A DNA stretch of 18,072 bases, from contig CANPXR010000018.1 in the NCBI GenBank assembly GCA_947586655.1, positions 1 through 18,072 on the forward strand. Reading direction: 5' to 3'. Below, one piece after another: positions 5,964-15,634 of this stretch. Under the pieces are notes generated by a model, which worked only from the letters and a program-made list of their open reading frames with translations, did not search any database and had not been told where the DNA came from. Numbering within the stretch: position 1 is the first letter of the stretch; each line of letters starts with the position of its first letter. The position numbers and the translations under genes are program-made. Source of the stretch: an uncultured Bacilli bacterium (GTDB taxonomy: Bacteria; Bacillota_I; Bacilli_A; RF39; UBA660).

Positions 5964-8777
5964 TTAATTTAATATTTTTTTTAAGTACTGACCAGTGTAT
6001 GAGCAAGGACATTTTGATACATCTTCAGGCGTTCCTTCACAAACAACCATTCCGCCACCGTCCCCACCTTCAGGACCCAAATCAATGATATGATCCGCAA
6101 TTTTTATAACATCTAAGTTATGTTCTATTACGATTACGGTGTCACCGTTGTCAACGATTCGGTTTAATATTGAAAGTAATCTTTTTATATCATCACTATG
6201 AAGGCCCGTCGTTGGTTCATCTAGTATGAATACACTTTTTCCAGTTGGTTTTTTCTGCAGTTCTTTCGCAAGTTTAACACGTGATGCCTCACCACCAGAT
6301 AAAGTTGGAGCACTTTGCCCTAGTTTTATATAACCTAAACCAACATCCATTAAGACACCTAGTTTTCTTTTAATTTTAGGATGATTTTCAAAAAAATCAA
6401 AAGCCTCTTCTACCCTCATTTGCAAAACGTCATAAATCGTCTTATTTTTATATTTAACTTCTAATGTTTCTTTGTTAAATCTTGTACCTGCACATACCTC
6501 ACAAGGTACGTATACGTCTGGCAAGAAATTCATGGATATTTTCTTTACCCCATCTCCCCAGCAGGCTTCACATCTTCCACCTTTTACGTTGAACGAAAAT
6601 CTTCCCTTGTCATAACCCCTTATTTTTGCTTCTTTAGTATTAGCAAAAACATCTCTTATATCATCAAATACTCCAACGTAAGTAGCTGGGTTACTACGTG
6701 GAGTGCGACCTATTGGGTCTTGCGTAATATCTATTACTTTATCTACGTTTTCTAAACCTTTTATACTCCTATGATTTCCAGGAATAACCTTAGAACCATA
6801 TATATTTAAAGCTAGAGCTTTATACAAAATTTGATTTATTAAACTACTTTTACCAGAGCCAGATACCCCGGTTACTAAGATAAGTTTTCCAAGTGGAAAC
6901 TTAACGTTAATATTTTTAAGATTATTTTCTTTAGCACCTTTAATTTCAATAAATTTACCATTACCTTTTCTTCGCTTTTTTGGCACTTCAATTTTTTTTC
7001 TACCACTTAAGTAATCCCCGGTTAAACTATTTTCGTTTTTCATTACTTCTTCTGGGGTACCACATGCTACTATTTTTCCTCCATGATCACCCGCACCAGG
7101 GCCTACGTCAACTAAGTAATCAGCTTGAAGCATCGTATCGGTATCATGTTCTACCACGATTAAAGTATTACCTAAATCCCTCATCTTTAATAATGAGTCT
7201 ATTAACCTTTGGTTATCCCTTTGATGAAGTCCAATACTTGGCTCGTCTAAAACGTATAACACACCGGTTAATTGTGAACCTATTTGGGTTGCAAGTCTTA
7301 TTCTCTGTGCTTCTCCACCAGATAAAGTTCCGGCACTACGAGAAAGGGTTAAATATCCTAAACCAACGTTATGTAAAAACTCTAACCTTGATTTTATCTC
7401 CTTAATAAGAAGCCTTGCTATTTCTTCTTTTTCTTTACTTAACTTTAGTTTATCAAAAAACTCATATAACTTATCTATGTTCATATCGGTTAAATCAATT
7501 ATGTTTTTTTTGTTTATTAAAACTGATAAAACACTTGGCTTAAGTCTTTTTCCATGACAAGTTGGGCAAGTAAGTTCTACCATGTACTTTCCAAGCCACT
7601 CCCTTATAAACTCGCTATTTGTTTCAAAGTATCTTCTTTCTAAATTATTTAAAATACCTTCGTATGGCTCATAGCTATTCATTTCGTTGCCACTTCTAGT
7701 TTTAAATTTAAATTCTATTGGTTCTTTTGTTCCATGAAGAATTATATCCAATTCCTTCTTGGTAAAATCCTTCATTTTTTTATTCATATCAATACCATAT
7801 TTTTCACAGACAATCTCCAATTTTTTTATGTAAATGTTTTGTTCGTCCATTCCTGCTAGTGGCTCTATTCCACCTCTTGCAAGTGTTTTTTCTTTATTAG
7901 GTATAATTAAATCCTCACTTATTTTTTGTTTAAAACCCAATCCCTTACAATCAGGACATGATCCATATGGGGCGTTAAAGGAAAAAATTCTAGGTTCTAA
8001 TTCTTCCAATGAAAAATCACAATGAGGACATGCAAATGACTCACTCATAACTATTTCCTCACGTCCAGGAATTTCTACTACAACTTTACCCTTTGATAAT
8101 TTACAAGCAAGTTCAATGGCTTCATATATTCTGCTTTTTGCATCCTGCTTTTTAATAACCCTATCTATAACAACAAGAATATTATGTTTCTTATTTTTAT
8201 CTAGAATAATTTCTTCGTTTAAATCATGGACTTCATCATCTATTTTTACCCTAACATACCCATCTTTTCTTAAAGAGTTTATAAGGTCTTTAAACGTTCC
8301 CTTTTCCCCATAAACAACTGGAGACATAATAATTAATTTAGTTCCATCTTCTTCATTCATAATTTGAGTAGTCATTTCCTCTATTGATTGACTTGATATT
8401 GGAATGTTATGATTAGGACAGTAAGGTACACCAATACGGGCAAATAAAAGTCTAAAATAATCATATATTTCTGTTACCGTTCCAACGGTTGACCTTGGAT
8501 TATTATTAGTTGTTTTTTGATCTATTGAAATGGATGGGGAAAGACCCTCTATTGAATCAACGTCAGGCTTTGTTGTGCCACCTAAAAATTGTCTTGCGTA
8601 TGCTGACAAACTTTCAACATACCTTCTTTGACCTTCTGCGTATATCGTATCAAAAGCAAGACTTGATTTTCCAGAACCAGATACCCCGGTCATAACGGTT
8701 AACTTATTTTTAGGTATTTCTATATTTACGTTTTTTAAATTATTTTCTCTTGCACCTTTTACTATTATTTTATCCAT
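5964..8777 (-). CDS. uvrA: Excinuclease ABC subunit A
   Basis: Two ABC ATPase modules (GVSGSGKSS twice, LSGGE signatures), zinc-finger CxxC pairs, and full-length UvrA architecture. Start set at the ATG at 8777 (MDKIIVKGARENNLKN), 5 nt after GGTGA. Confidence 0.97.
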   Translation of the reverse strand: MDKIIVKGARENNLKNVNIEIPKNKLTVMTGVSGSGKSSLAFDTIYAEGQRRYVESLSAYARQFLGGTTKPDVDSIEGLSPSISIDQKTTNNNPRSTVGTVTEIYDYFRLLFARIGVPYCPNHNIPISSQSIEEMTTQIMNEEDGTKLIIMSPVVYGEKGTFKDLINSLRKDGYVRVKIDDEVHDLNEEIILDKNKKHNILVVIDRVIKKQDAKSRIYEAIELACKLSKGKVVVEIPGREEIVMSESFACPHCDFSLEELEPRIFSFNAPYGSCPDCKGLGFKQKISEDLIIPNKEKTLARGGIEPLAGMDEQNIYIKKLEIVCEKYGIDMNKKMKDFTKKELDIILHGTKEPIEFKFKTRSGNEMNSYEPYEGILNNLERRYFETNSEFIREWLGKYMVELTCPTCHGKRLKPSVLSVLINKKNIIDLTDMNIDKLYEFFDKLKLSKEKEEIARLLIKEIKSRLEFLHNVGLGYLTLSRSAGTLSGGEAQRIRLATQIGSQLTGVLYVLDEPSIGLHQRDNQRLIDSLLKMRDLGNTLIVVEHDTDTMLQADYLVDVGPGAGDHGGKIVACGTPEEVMKNENSLTGDYLSGRKKIEVPKKRRKGNGKFIEIKGAKENNLKNINVKFPLGKLILVTGVSGSGKSSLINQILYKALALNIYGSKVIPGNHRSIKGLENVDKVIDITQDPIGRTPRSNPATYVGVFDDIRDVFANTKEAKIRGYDKGRFSFNVKGGRCEACWGDGVKKISMNFLPDVYVPCEVCAGTRFNKETLEVKYKNKTIYDVLQMRVEEAFDFFENHPKIKRKLGVLMDVGLGYIKLGQSAPTLSGGEASRVKLAKELQKKPTGKSVFILDEPTTGLHSDDIKRLLSILNRIVDNGDTVIVIEHNLDVIKIADHIIDLGPEGGDGGGMVVCEGTPEDVSKCPCSYTGQYLKKILN

Positions 8778-8800
8778 ATACTTCACCTTTTCTAACACTA

Positions 8801-8831
8801 ATTTTAACATAAAAGATTAGTTTTATTTCAA
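8801..8831 (-). promoter_or_regulatory. Candidate uvrA promoter (TTGAAA-N19-TAAAAT with a TGT extended -10)
   Basis: The minus strand reads TTGAAATAAAACTAATCTTTTATGTTAAAAT, about 25 nt upstream of the uvrA SD. The spacer is long (19 nt) and the background is AT-rich. Confidence 0.3.
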
Positions 8832-8883
8832 TATCTATGCTATTATTAGTCCTTTTTTCGATATATATTCTATCATACAAATT

Positions 8884-8913
8884 AAAAAAATGGTTATGTA
8901 AATTATAACCATT
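8884..8913 (-). terminator. Intrinsic terminator between the DUF3419-like gene and uvrA
   Basis: Immediately after the TAA, the minus strand reads AAUGGUUAU-AAUUUAC-AUAACCAUU (perfect 9-bp stem) followed by UUUUU. Confidence 0.7.
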
Positions 8914-9798
8914 TTATTTTTTATAAAAAGTCATTCTCATTGCATGAGACTTTGTTTCAAATAGACAATCTTTATGTTGGTCCACAAACTTAGGAATTAT
9001 ACCATTTTTGCCAATATCTATACGATTTTTATATTTTATAGCACCATAACCAACCTGCGCTAAACCATCACCTGTTAAATTATCATTTAAAGATTTTAAT
9101 AATTTTAAAAAATCATTTAACTCTTGTGCACTAAAATAACTACTTATATTAGAAAATAATATTGCTGAGTAGCATTCGTTACCCAAGTATTTTTTTAAAT
9201 CAAATAGACTACAATCGATAAAATCAATCGATTGTATTTGTTTTAGTTTTTGTTTTAATTCTTCATAATTTTTTCTTGTTAAATAGCCCGATAGTTTAGG
9301 ATTATATTTAATATTTACTAAATTAAACTTTTCACCAGCCGAGGCATTCTTCATAAATTCATAAAGCATTTCAAAAAACCTGGCGCAAGGATAGTTTAAG
9401 TTAGAACACACCCTGTTATATAACTTAACGTCTGGATCGGTCAAAAAACCACCTGCTATAGAATTCGAAAACGATACGTTTACCTTATATAATTTTTCAA
9501 ATTCTTCATACGACAAACAATCAATTGCCACAAATTTAAATATAGCAAAATACTTTGCTAAGTGATTAATATCAAACATCTTAACGTAAGGTGCACCATT
9601 TAATATTGCCATTAAAGCTTGATCACCTGATGCCGTCACGGTTAAAACCCCTTTACTAGAATCGAGACAATTAAATATGTCACTTAAGTGCTCATTTGTA
9701 AACGGATAAATACTATCATAAGTATCAAAACAAGGAGCGAATAGCTCTTTTCCAACTATCGCTAATCCTTGCAATTGCAAAAAGTCTTCATCTACCAT
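8914..9798 (-). CDS. Hypothetical protein, possibly DUF3419/BtaA-like SAM-binding fold
   Basis: Intact 294-aa ORF. The segment VLTVTASGDQALMAILNGAPYVKMFDINHLAKYFAIFKFVAIDCLSYEEFEKLY resembles the DUF3419 pattern as I recall it (ItSaG..aL...L....v.avDlN..q..l.eLK.aa...L.yeeF). The SD is weak, and an in-frame TAG lies immediately upstream of the ATG. Confidence 0.55.
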   Translation of the reverse strand: MVDEDFLQLQGLAIVGKELFAPCFDTYDSIYPFTNEHLSDIFNCLDSSKGVLTVTASGDQALMAILNGAPYVKMFDINHLAKYFAIFKFVAIDCLSYEEFEKLYKVNVSFSNSIAGGFLTDPDVKLYNRVCSNLNYPCARFFEMLYEFMKNASAGEKFNLVNIKYNPKLSGYLTRKNYEELKQKLKQIQSIDFIDCSLFDLKKYLGNECYSAILFSNISSYFSAQELNDFLKLLKSLNDNLTGDGLAQVGYGAIKYKNRIDIGKNGIIPKFVDQHKDCLFETKSHAMRMTFYKK

Positions 9799-9887
9799 CT
9801 ATTTTGTTATTTCCATATTCAAATCACCCATACTGGTTAAATATGATAACACATATTAAACCTAAAAACAACATATGAAAAATATAT

Positions 9888-11837
9888 TTAACTAACTTTC
9901 ATTTCAAATATTATATCGCGTAGTTCCATGGCACGTTCGAAGTCTAACTCTTTAGCGGCCTTATTCATTTCAGCCTCTAACTCCTTAATAAGTTTATCAT
10001 TATGGATGTCATCTTTAGTGCGTTTTTTCTTTTCATTATCACCATCAGAAATACTTACAACATCCATAATCTTCTTCTTAATAGTTCGTGGAATAATTCC
10101 GTTTTTTTCATTGTAATCGATTTGAATATCACGTCTTCTTTTGGTTTCTTCTATTGCCATTTTCATAGCCTCACTAATTATGTCACCATACATAATTACC
10201 CTACCACTTGCATTTCTTGCGCACCTACCTATCGTTTGTATTAAGCTTCTATAACTTCTTAAAAAGCCTTGTTTATCAGCATCTAATATGGCAACTAAGC
10301 TTACTTCTGGGATATCAAGACCTTCCCTTAAAAGATTTATACCAACCAAAACGTCATATTTTCCTTCCCTTAGGTCATGGATTATTTTAAGTCTTTCTAA
10401 AGTTTTTACCTCACTATGAAGGTAGGCTACCTTAATATTTATGTTTTTTAAATACGAAGTGAGTTCTTCTGCCATTCTAATTGTCAAAGTTGTAACAAGC
10501 GTTCTTTCTCCTTTATCTATTTGCTTTTGAATCTCATCTATCAAATCATCAATTTGATTGCTTGAGTTCTTAACTTCTATTAAAGGATCTAAAAGCCCAG
10601 TAGGTCTTATTATTTGCTCGGTTACTTTGTTATTAACTTTTTCTAGTTCTTCATCTCCTGGTGTTGCTGATAAGTATATTACTTGATTTATCTTACTTTC
10701 AAATTCTTCATACTTAAGCGGCCTATTATCTAATGCACTTGGTAACCTAAAACCATAATCAACGAGCATTTGTTTCCTGTTTCTATCACCATTATACATA
10801 GCCTTAACCTGTGGTAATGTTACGTGCGATTCATCTATGACTAATAAAAAGTCCTGCGGAAAAAAATCAATCAAACAAGTTGGGGTTGCTCCCGCCGGTT
10901 TTAAAGCTAAGTGTCTAGAGTAGTTTTCTACTCCTGAGCAAAAACCAGTTTCTTCTAGCATTTCCAAATCATATTTACACCTCTGACCCAGGCGTTCAGC
11001 TTCTAATAGTTTACCATTTTCTTTAAAGTATCTTAATCTATCGTCTAATTCTTCTTTTATGTTAACAATCGCTTTCTTTAATTTTTCTTCTGAGGTAACA
11101 AAATGTGACGCAGGCATTATCGAGATAAATTTTTTATCATTAATCGCTGCTCCGGTTAATACGTCAAATTCTGAAATTCTGTCTATTTCATCACCAAATA
11201 ACTCAATTCTAATGCCATGAGATTTTTCGTATGCTGGTATAACCTCAATAACATCACCTTTAGCCCTAAACGTTCCCCTTACTAAATCAACATCATTTCT
11301 TTCATACAACATATCAACAAGTTTAGTTAATATCTTATTTCTGTTTATTTCTTCACCTACTGATAAAGTAAGCATATGGTTTTCATATTCCTGTTTATCT
11401 CCAATACCATATATACAGGAAACTGATGCAACAACAATTACGTCTTTATAATTAATTAAAGATGATGTTGCAAAGTGTCTTAACTCATCAATCTCATCAT
11501 TTATAGATGAATCTTTTTCGATATAAGTATCAGTAGAAGGTACGTATGCTTCTGGTTGGTAATAATCATAATATGATACAAAATAACACACATGATTATT
11601 AGGGAATAATTCTTTTAATTCTGAATAAAGTTGACCTGCAAGCGTTTTATTATGTGCAAGTACTAGCGTTGGTTTATTAACTTCTTTAATTACGTTTGCA
11701 ATTGTAAAAGTTTTACCAGTTCCTGTTGCACCTAGTAAAACCTGATATTTTTTACCATTTTTAACTCCATCTGAAAGTTCTTTTATTGCCTTCGGCTGAT
11801 CTCCTGATGGTTTAAAATTTGAGACTAAATCAAACAT
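9888..11837 (-). CDS. uvrB: Excinuclease ABC subunit B
   Basis: Walker [13 protein letters not shown] box, helicase motifs and a C-terminal UVR domain (FERAMELRD). AAAGGAGGT SD. Confidence 0.97.
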   Translation of the reverse strand: MFDLVSNFKPSGDQPKAIKELSDGVKNGKKYQVLLGATGTGKTFTIANVIKEVNKPTLVLAHNKTLAGQLYSELKELFPNNHVCYFVSYYDYYQPEAYVPSTDTYIEKDSSINDEIDELRHFATSSLINYKDVIVVASVSCIYGIGDKQEYENHMLTLSVGEEINRNKILTKLVDMLYERNDVDLVRGTFRAKGDVIEVIPAYEKSHGIRIELFGDEIDRISEFDVLTGAAINDKKFISIMPASHFVTSEEKLKKAIVNIKEELDDRLRYFKENGKLLEAERLGQRCKYDLEMLEETGFCSGVENYSRHLALKPAGATPTCLIDFFPQDFLLVIDESHVTLPQVKAMYNGDRNRKQMLVDYGFRLPSALDNRPLKYEEFESKINQVIYLSATPGDEELEKVNNKVTEQIIRPTGLLDPLIEVKNSSNQIDDLIDEIQKQIDKGERTLVTTLTIRMAEELTSYLKNINIKVAYLHSEVKTLERLKIIHDLREGKYDVLVGINLLREGLDIPEVSLVAILDADKQGFLRSYRSLIQTIGRCARNASGRVIMYGDIISEAMKMAIEETKRRRDIQIDYNEKNGIIPRTIKKKIMDVVSISDGDNEKKKRTKDDIHNDKLIKELEAEMNKAAKELDFERAMELRDIIFEMKVS

Positions 11838-11884
11838 AAGAACCTCCTTTGTAAATATATTCTAGCATTTATTATATTTAAAAA

Positions 11885-11920
11885 CAAGAAACAAAAAAAG
11901 AAAATACCTAGTGGTATCTT
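11885..11920 (-). terminator. Intrinsic terminator closing the prfB-to-M23 block
   Basis: The minus strand reads AAGAUACC-ACUA-GGUAUUUU (8-bp stem with one G-U pair) followed by C-U7-G-UUUCUUGUUUU. It starts 4 nt after the M23 stop. Confidence 0.6.
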
Positions 11921-11924
11921 CTTA

Positions 11925-13121
11925 TTACCTGTTATTGTAACTTTGATTTAGTGGTGGAAATATTATTACGTCTCTTGGATTAAACGTATGTTCTTCTAAA
12001 CTGTCCCCTTTACCAGAAGAATAATATCTAGAATATCCTCTTTCTATATCTTTATACCTTCCAGTCGCAAGTCCTAAATGCAAATGTGCACCATAGCATT
12101 GTCCCGTACATCCAGATTTTGCAATTACAGTATCTGATGTTACAACTTGATATTTTTTAACTAATTGCTTTGATAAGTGGCAATAAATTGAAGAATATTC
12201 CCGCCCATTTATATTATGCCAAACCACCAGTGATATTCCACATATTTCACCCGTATATCCTACTATTCCTGGTGCTACTGCATATACTGAAGTTCCTGTC
12301 GGCATTGCTATATCTATAGCGAAATGTTTATTAAATGAACCATTTAAAGTTCTATTTCCAAATTCACTAGATATCCTACCCGACACAGTTGGTCTTCTAA
12401 ACGTTGTACCTGGTGGCAGGCTGTTACTACCAAATACTCTACTTGTACAAGCGCTTATGGTATCAGAATCCTTACATCCTAAGGATTTGTAATATTTAAG
12501 TTGATCTTGCATTCCTTTAAGAACTTGTTCTTCGGATTCTCCTTCGGCATCAAGTTCACTACGTTTTTTACTAAGTACTATAACCTGAGTATCTTGTTCT
12601 TGTTTAAGTTTAACAAGTTCTTCTTTTTTAACAGCCAAGTCTTTTTTTATTTTTTCATTTTCCGCAATCATATCATTCATTTTTTTAATGGTTTTTTTAT
12701 TGTACGAAGAAATTTGCTCAGTTATTGACAAACGATATATTAAATCAGTTAAACTTTCTGCACCCATTATGTACTCTAACATTGTTGAACCAGATGAAGA
12801 CACCTCATAATATTTCATTAAGTCTCTTATTTCTTCGTTTTTCTTTTGAATATCTTTTTCAAGCTGCTCACTTTCTTTAGTTTTAGCATCTATAGCTTCC
12901 TCAGTTTTTATTATACTTTGCTTTATTTCGGATATCTTCTTTTGAGTTTCGGCTAAATTTTGACTATTTATTGCCTTTTTTGTGTTTGTATCATTTAATT
13001 TTTTTTGCGCCGCATCAATTTCTTTTTGAATATCGCCTATTGTTTTTGCTTGTATCGTTATAATTGGAATGACTAAAGTTATTATAAAAACTAATAAAAC
13101 TCTTAATATTTTTTTCATCAT
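11925..13121 (-). CDS. Secreted coiled-coil M23 (LytM-type) peptidoglycan endopeptidase, likely FtsEX partner
   Basis: Signal/TM segment (MMKKILRVLLVFIITLVIPIITIQA), about 180 aa of Lys/Glu-rich coiled coil, and an M23 domain with HxxxD (HFAID) and HxH (HLH) motifs intact. The start overlaps the ftsX stop (ATGATGA). Confidence 0.88.
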   Translation of the reverse strand: MMKKILRVLLVFIITLVIPIITIQAKTIGDIQKEIDAAQKKLNDTNTKKAINSQNLAETQKKISEIKQSIIKTEEAIDAKTKESEQLEKDIQKKNEEIRDLMKYYEVSSSGSTMLEYIMGAESLTDLIYRLSITEQISSYNKKTIKKMNDMIAENEKIKKDLAVKKEELVKLKQEQDTQVIVLSKKRSELDAEGESEEQVLKGMQDQLKYYKSLGCKDSDTISACTSRVFGSNSLPPGTTFRRPTVSGRISSEFGNRTLNGSFNKHFAIDIAMPTGTSVYAVAPGIVGYTGEICGISLVVWHNINGREYSSIYCHLSKQLVKKYQVVTSDTVIAKSGCTGQCYGAHLHLGLATGRYKDIERGYSRYYSSGKGDSLEEHTFNPRDVIIFPPLNQSYNNR

Positions 13122-14041
13122 ATCTTTAAATACTTTCTTACGGCATTATAACTACCAAACATACCAACAACAACACCTAATACTAACAAAACTAATGATA
13201 CAACATAAACAAATGGTTCTGCAGCAACTAATTTTATAAACGGAGAAAATAACTGACCATTAAAATGACCATATAACGCAGAGTACCCATAAATGGTTAA
13301 ACCCATCGGTATTATAGCCCCTAAAAATCCTAACACAAAACCTTCTATAACAAATGGCTGTTTAATAGAGAAGTTTGATGCTCCAACTAATCTCATGATT
13401 TCTATTTCTCTTTTTCTTGAGAAAATAGTTATTTTTATGGTGTTAGTAATTAAGAATAAAGTTACTAAAACTAATGCCACCATCGTTATTAGTATTCCTT
13501 TTTCTACGGCACTAAAAACCGATAGTAAACTTTCTACCATTCCCTGACCATATTTAACATCTTTAACCAAGTTTAGTTTTCGAATTTCTTTGGCAGTGTT
13601 AGATATTTTTTGAGTATCTTTTACCTTAACTAGTAAAGTATCATATAGAGGATTCGTTTCGTCTGTCCAAGTATCAATTATGGCAGATAAAGAATCAGAA
13701 GTATCTCTCATCTCACTTGCTATTTCTTTTTTAGTTTCATGCGTTATGTTATCAATGTTATCTAATTTTTTAATTCTTTCGGTTAAATTATCTATCTGCT
13801 CTTTACTTGCAGCATTATCAACAAAGGTAACTATGGTAAAGTCTTGTTTAACCCTTTTAGTAACACTTTCCACATTATATGATACAACAAGAGCAATTGC
13901 AACAATCAAAAGGGTTATTGTTATACATGATATTGATGCAATTGATAAGCTTAAGTTTCTTCCTACGCTTTTAAATCCATCACGAATATTTCTCGATATA
14001 ATTCTAAACGCCTTCATAATTACTATAACTTCCCTTCTCAT
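13118..14041 (-). CDS. ftsX: Cell-division ABC transporter permease FtsX
   Basis: N-terminal RNIRDGFKSVGRN, a large extracytoplasmic loop and three C-terminal TM helices. It sits directly downstream of ftsE. The start is uncertain (ATG 14041 or ATG 14017). Confidence 0.9.
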   Translation of the reverse strand: MRREVIVIMKAFRIISRNIRDGFKSVGRNLSLSIASISCITITLLIVAIALVVSYNVESVTKRVKQDFTIVTFVDNAASKEQIDNLTERIKKLDNIDNITHETKKEIASEMRDTSDSLSAIIDTWTDETNPLYDTLLVKVKDTQKISNTAKEIRKLNLVKDVKYGQGMVESLLSVFSAVEKGILITMVALVLVTLFLITNTIKITIFSRKREIEIMRLVGASNFSIKQPFVIEGFVLGFLGAIIPMGLTIYGYSALYGHFNGQLFSPFIKLVAAEPFVYVVSLVLLVLGVVVGMFGSYNAVRKYLKI

Positions 14042-14702
14042 AGTCTTTAACTAATTTCCCATTATCTAATAAAACAACTCTTTTTTTCATCTTATCAACC
14101 ATTTCTCTATCATGTGTTGCCATTACTATAGTTGTACCTAAATCATTTATCTTCTCTATTACCTTCATGACTTCTAAACTAGTATCTGGATCCAAATTAC
14201 CGGTTGGTTCATCGCAAATAAGTAACTTTGGAGAATTTACAATCGCCCTTGCTATTGCAACCCGCTGCTGTTCACCTCCTGATAATTGATCTGGATAACT
14301 TTTAACTTTTGATTTTAATCCTACCAAATCTAAGGCTTTTAAAACCTTTCTTTTTACTTCATCCGTAGGAAGACCATATATTTCAAGCGCAAACGCAACG
14401 TTTTCATAAACCGTAAGTTTAGGAAGTAGTTTATAATCTTGGAAAACAATTCCAATTTTTCTTCTTAACTTATAAACCTTACTGTTTTTTACCCTAGCAA
14501 CGTTAATACCTCCAACATAAATTTCACCATTAGTAGGTTTTTCCTCTCGATACAACATCTTTATTAACGTAGATTTACCGGATCCTGACGCTCCGATTAC
14601 GAACACAAACTCACCTTTTTTTATTTCTAAGTTCATATTATATACTGCATTAACACCATTCTTATATGTTTTATCTACGTTTTTAAATTTAATAAATTCC
14701 AT
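14004..14702 (-). CDS. ftsE: Cell-division ATP-binding protein FtsE
   Basis: Walker A GASGSGKST, signature LSGGEQQRVAIARA, Walker B LLICDEPTG. SD AAGGAAGGGA. Confidence 0.95.
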   Translation of the reverse strand: MEFIKFKNVDKTYKNGVNAVYNMNLEIKKGEFVFVIGASGSGKSTLIKMLYREEKPTNGEIYVGGINVARVKNSKVYKLRRKIGIVFQDYKLLPKLTVYENVAFALEIYGLPTDEVKRKVLKALDLVGLKSKVKSYPDQLSGGEQQRVAIARAIVNSPKLLICDEPTGNLDPDTSLEVMKVIEKINDLGTTIVMATHDREMVDKMKKRVVLLDNGKLVKDYEKGSYSNYEGV

Positions 14703-14725
14703 CTAAATCCCTTCCTTTACTTCTT

Positions 14726-15634
14726 TTAACTAATATTTCTTGTTTCTCCATTATAAGTTCCACTTGTTTGGTAAGCATCGGTAACTAAAACTACGGCCTT
14801 TGAATCAATTCGTTCAATACCCTCACTAACTTTAAAATATTCACTTGTAGGAACTACACACATAATAATTTGATCCTTTTTATTTGTGTAACCGCCTCTT
14901 GTTTCTAGTAAAGTAATACCTAATTTTAGTTCATTTAACAAGTAATCACACACTCTTTCATCCTCATCAGTCGTAATATAAATGGCTTTGTTTTGGGATA
15001 TTCCTAAAACTACCTTATCTACCATTATATTCATTATGTATAGTACTATCATCGCATACAAAACCCTAGTCCATCCAAAGAAAAAACCACCAACTAAAAC
15101 TATTATTCCATCAATAACAAGCATAGACGTACCAATTGATACTTTAAAATACTTAGAGACAATCTGATTTAATATATCGGTGCCGCCCGTCGTAAAACCA
15201 CTTTTAAAAACTATACCAGCAGCAAATCCTACGCAAACACCACCTATTATTGTAATTAAGAGTAAATCTGAATTATCTATTAATATGTATTCACCTATAT
15301 TAGACGTAAGTTTTACAAAAATAGGAAATAAGAGTGAACCAACAATCGAATTCAACGTTTGCTTTTTTCCAAGTAGAAAAAAACTTAAAGTAAGGAAAAA
15401 CACGTTCAAAATTAATATCATTATGGAAGGATCAACAAAATTTTGAGTAATTATCGATATGCCACTAGCACCACCATAGACAATGTTATTCTTAAAAAAG
15501 AATAGATTATATGATACTGCATATATGATTACCGCAATCACTAATAAAAAATATCTTTTTAATAGGTGTGTTTTTTCAACTAATTGAAGAATATTTTGCC
15601 TTCTTTTTTCACTAAGTTTCCTAAACAGTTTCAT
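14726..15634 (-). CDS. YitT-family membrane protein (YitT_membrane + DUF2179)
   Basis: Five to six TM helices with GGASGISII and GFTTGGTDIL motifs, plus a soluble C-terminal DUF2179-like domain. It occupies the same position as yvjA in the Bacillus prfB-yvjA-ftsEX arrangement, as I recall it. Confidence 0.85.
   Translation of the reverse strand: MKLFRKLSEKRRQNILQLVEKTHLLKRYFLLVIAVIIYAVSYNLFFFKNNIVYGGASGISIITQNFVDPSIMILILNVFFLTLSFFLLGKKQTLNSIVGSLLFPIFVKLTSNIGEYILIDNSDLLLITIIGGVCVGFAAGIVFKSGFTTGGTDILNQIVSKYFKVSIGTSMLVIDGIIVLVGGFFFGWTRVLYAMIVLYIMNIMVDKVVLGISQNKAIYITTDEDERVCDYLLNELKLGITLLETRGGYTNKKDQIIMCVVPTSEYFKVSEGIERIDSKAVVLVTDAYQTSGTYNGETRNIS

Noticed and set aside
9799-9831. A short frame, ATGGGTGATTTGAATATGGAAATAACAAAATAG, that is in frame with and directly abuts the ATG of the 294-aa ORF. 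This could indicate a longer gene with TAG read-through or a pseudogene.
   Set aside because: TAG is used as an ordinary stop by trxB, ftsE, prfB and the ArpU-like gene in this window. The upstream piece is only 10 codons and has no SD. Nothing supports recoding.
11838-11884. A LexA/Cheo SOS box (GAAC-N4-GTTC type) expected upstream of uvrB, and also looked for upstream of uvrA at 8778-8881.
   Set aside because: No GAAC-N4-GTTC or close variant occurs in either leader. The nearest, GAATATATATCG upstream of uvrA, does not fit the second half-site. SOS control cannot be inferred from the sequence.
3659-15446. Thirteen plus-strand ORFs of 60-141 aa in the track (3659-3868, 6980-7405, 7834-8025, 8116-8313, 8510-8695, 9928-10116, 10002-10244, 10208-10390, 12501-12728, 13293-13547, 13680-14054, 14982-15167, 15180-15446).
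   Set aside because: Each lies entirely antisense within a well-supported minus-strand gene (rSAM, uvrA, uvrB, M23, ftsX, yitT). Their composition is Leu/Phe/Ser/Ile-rich and low in complexity, as expected for antisense frames of AT-rich genes. None has a recognisable SD or motif.
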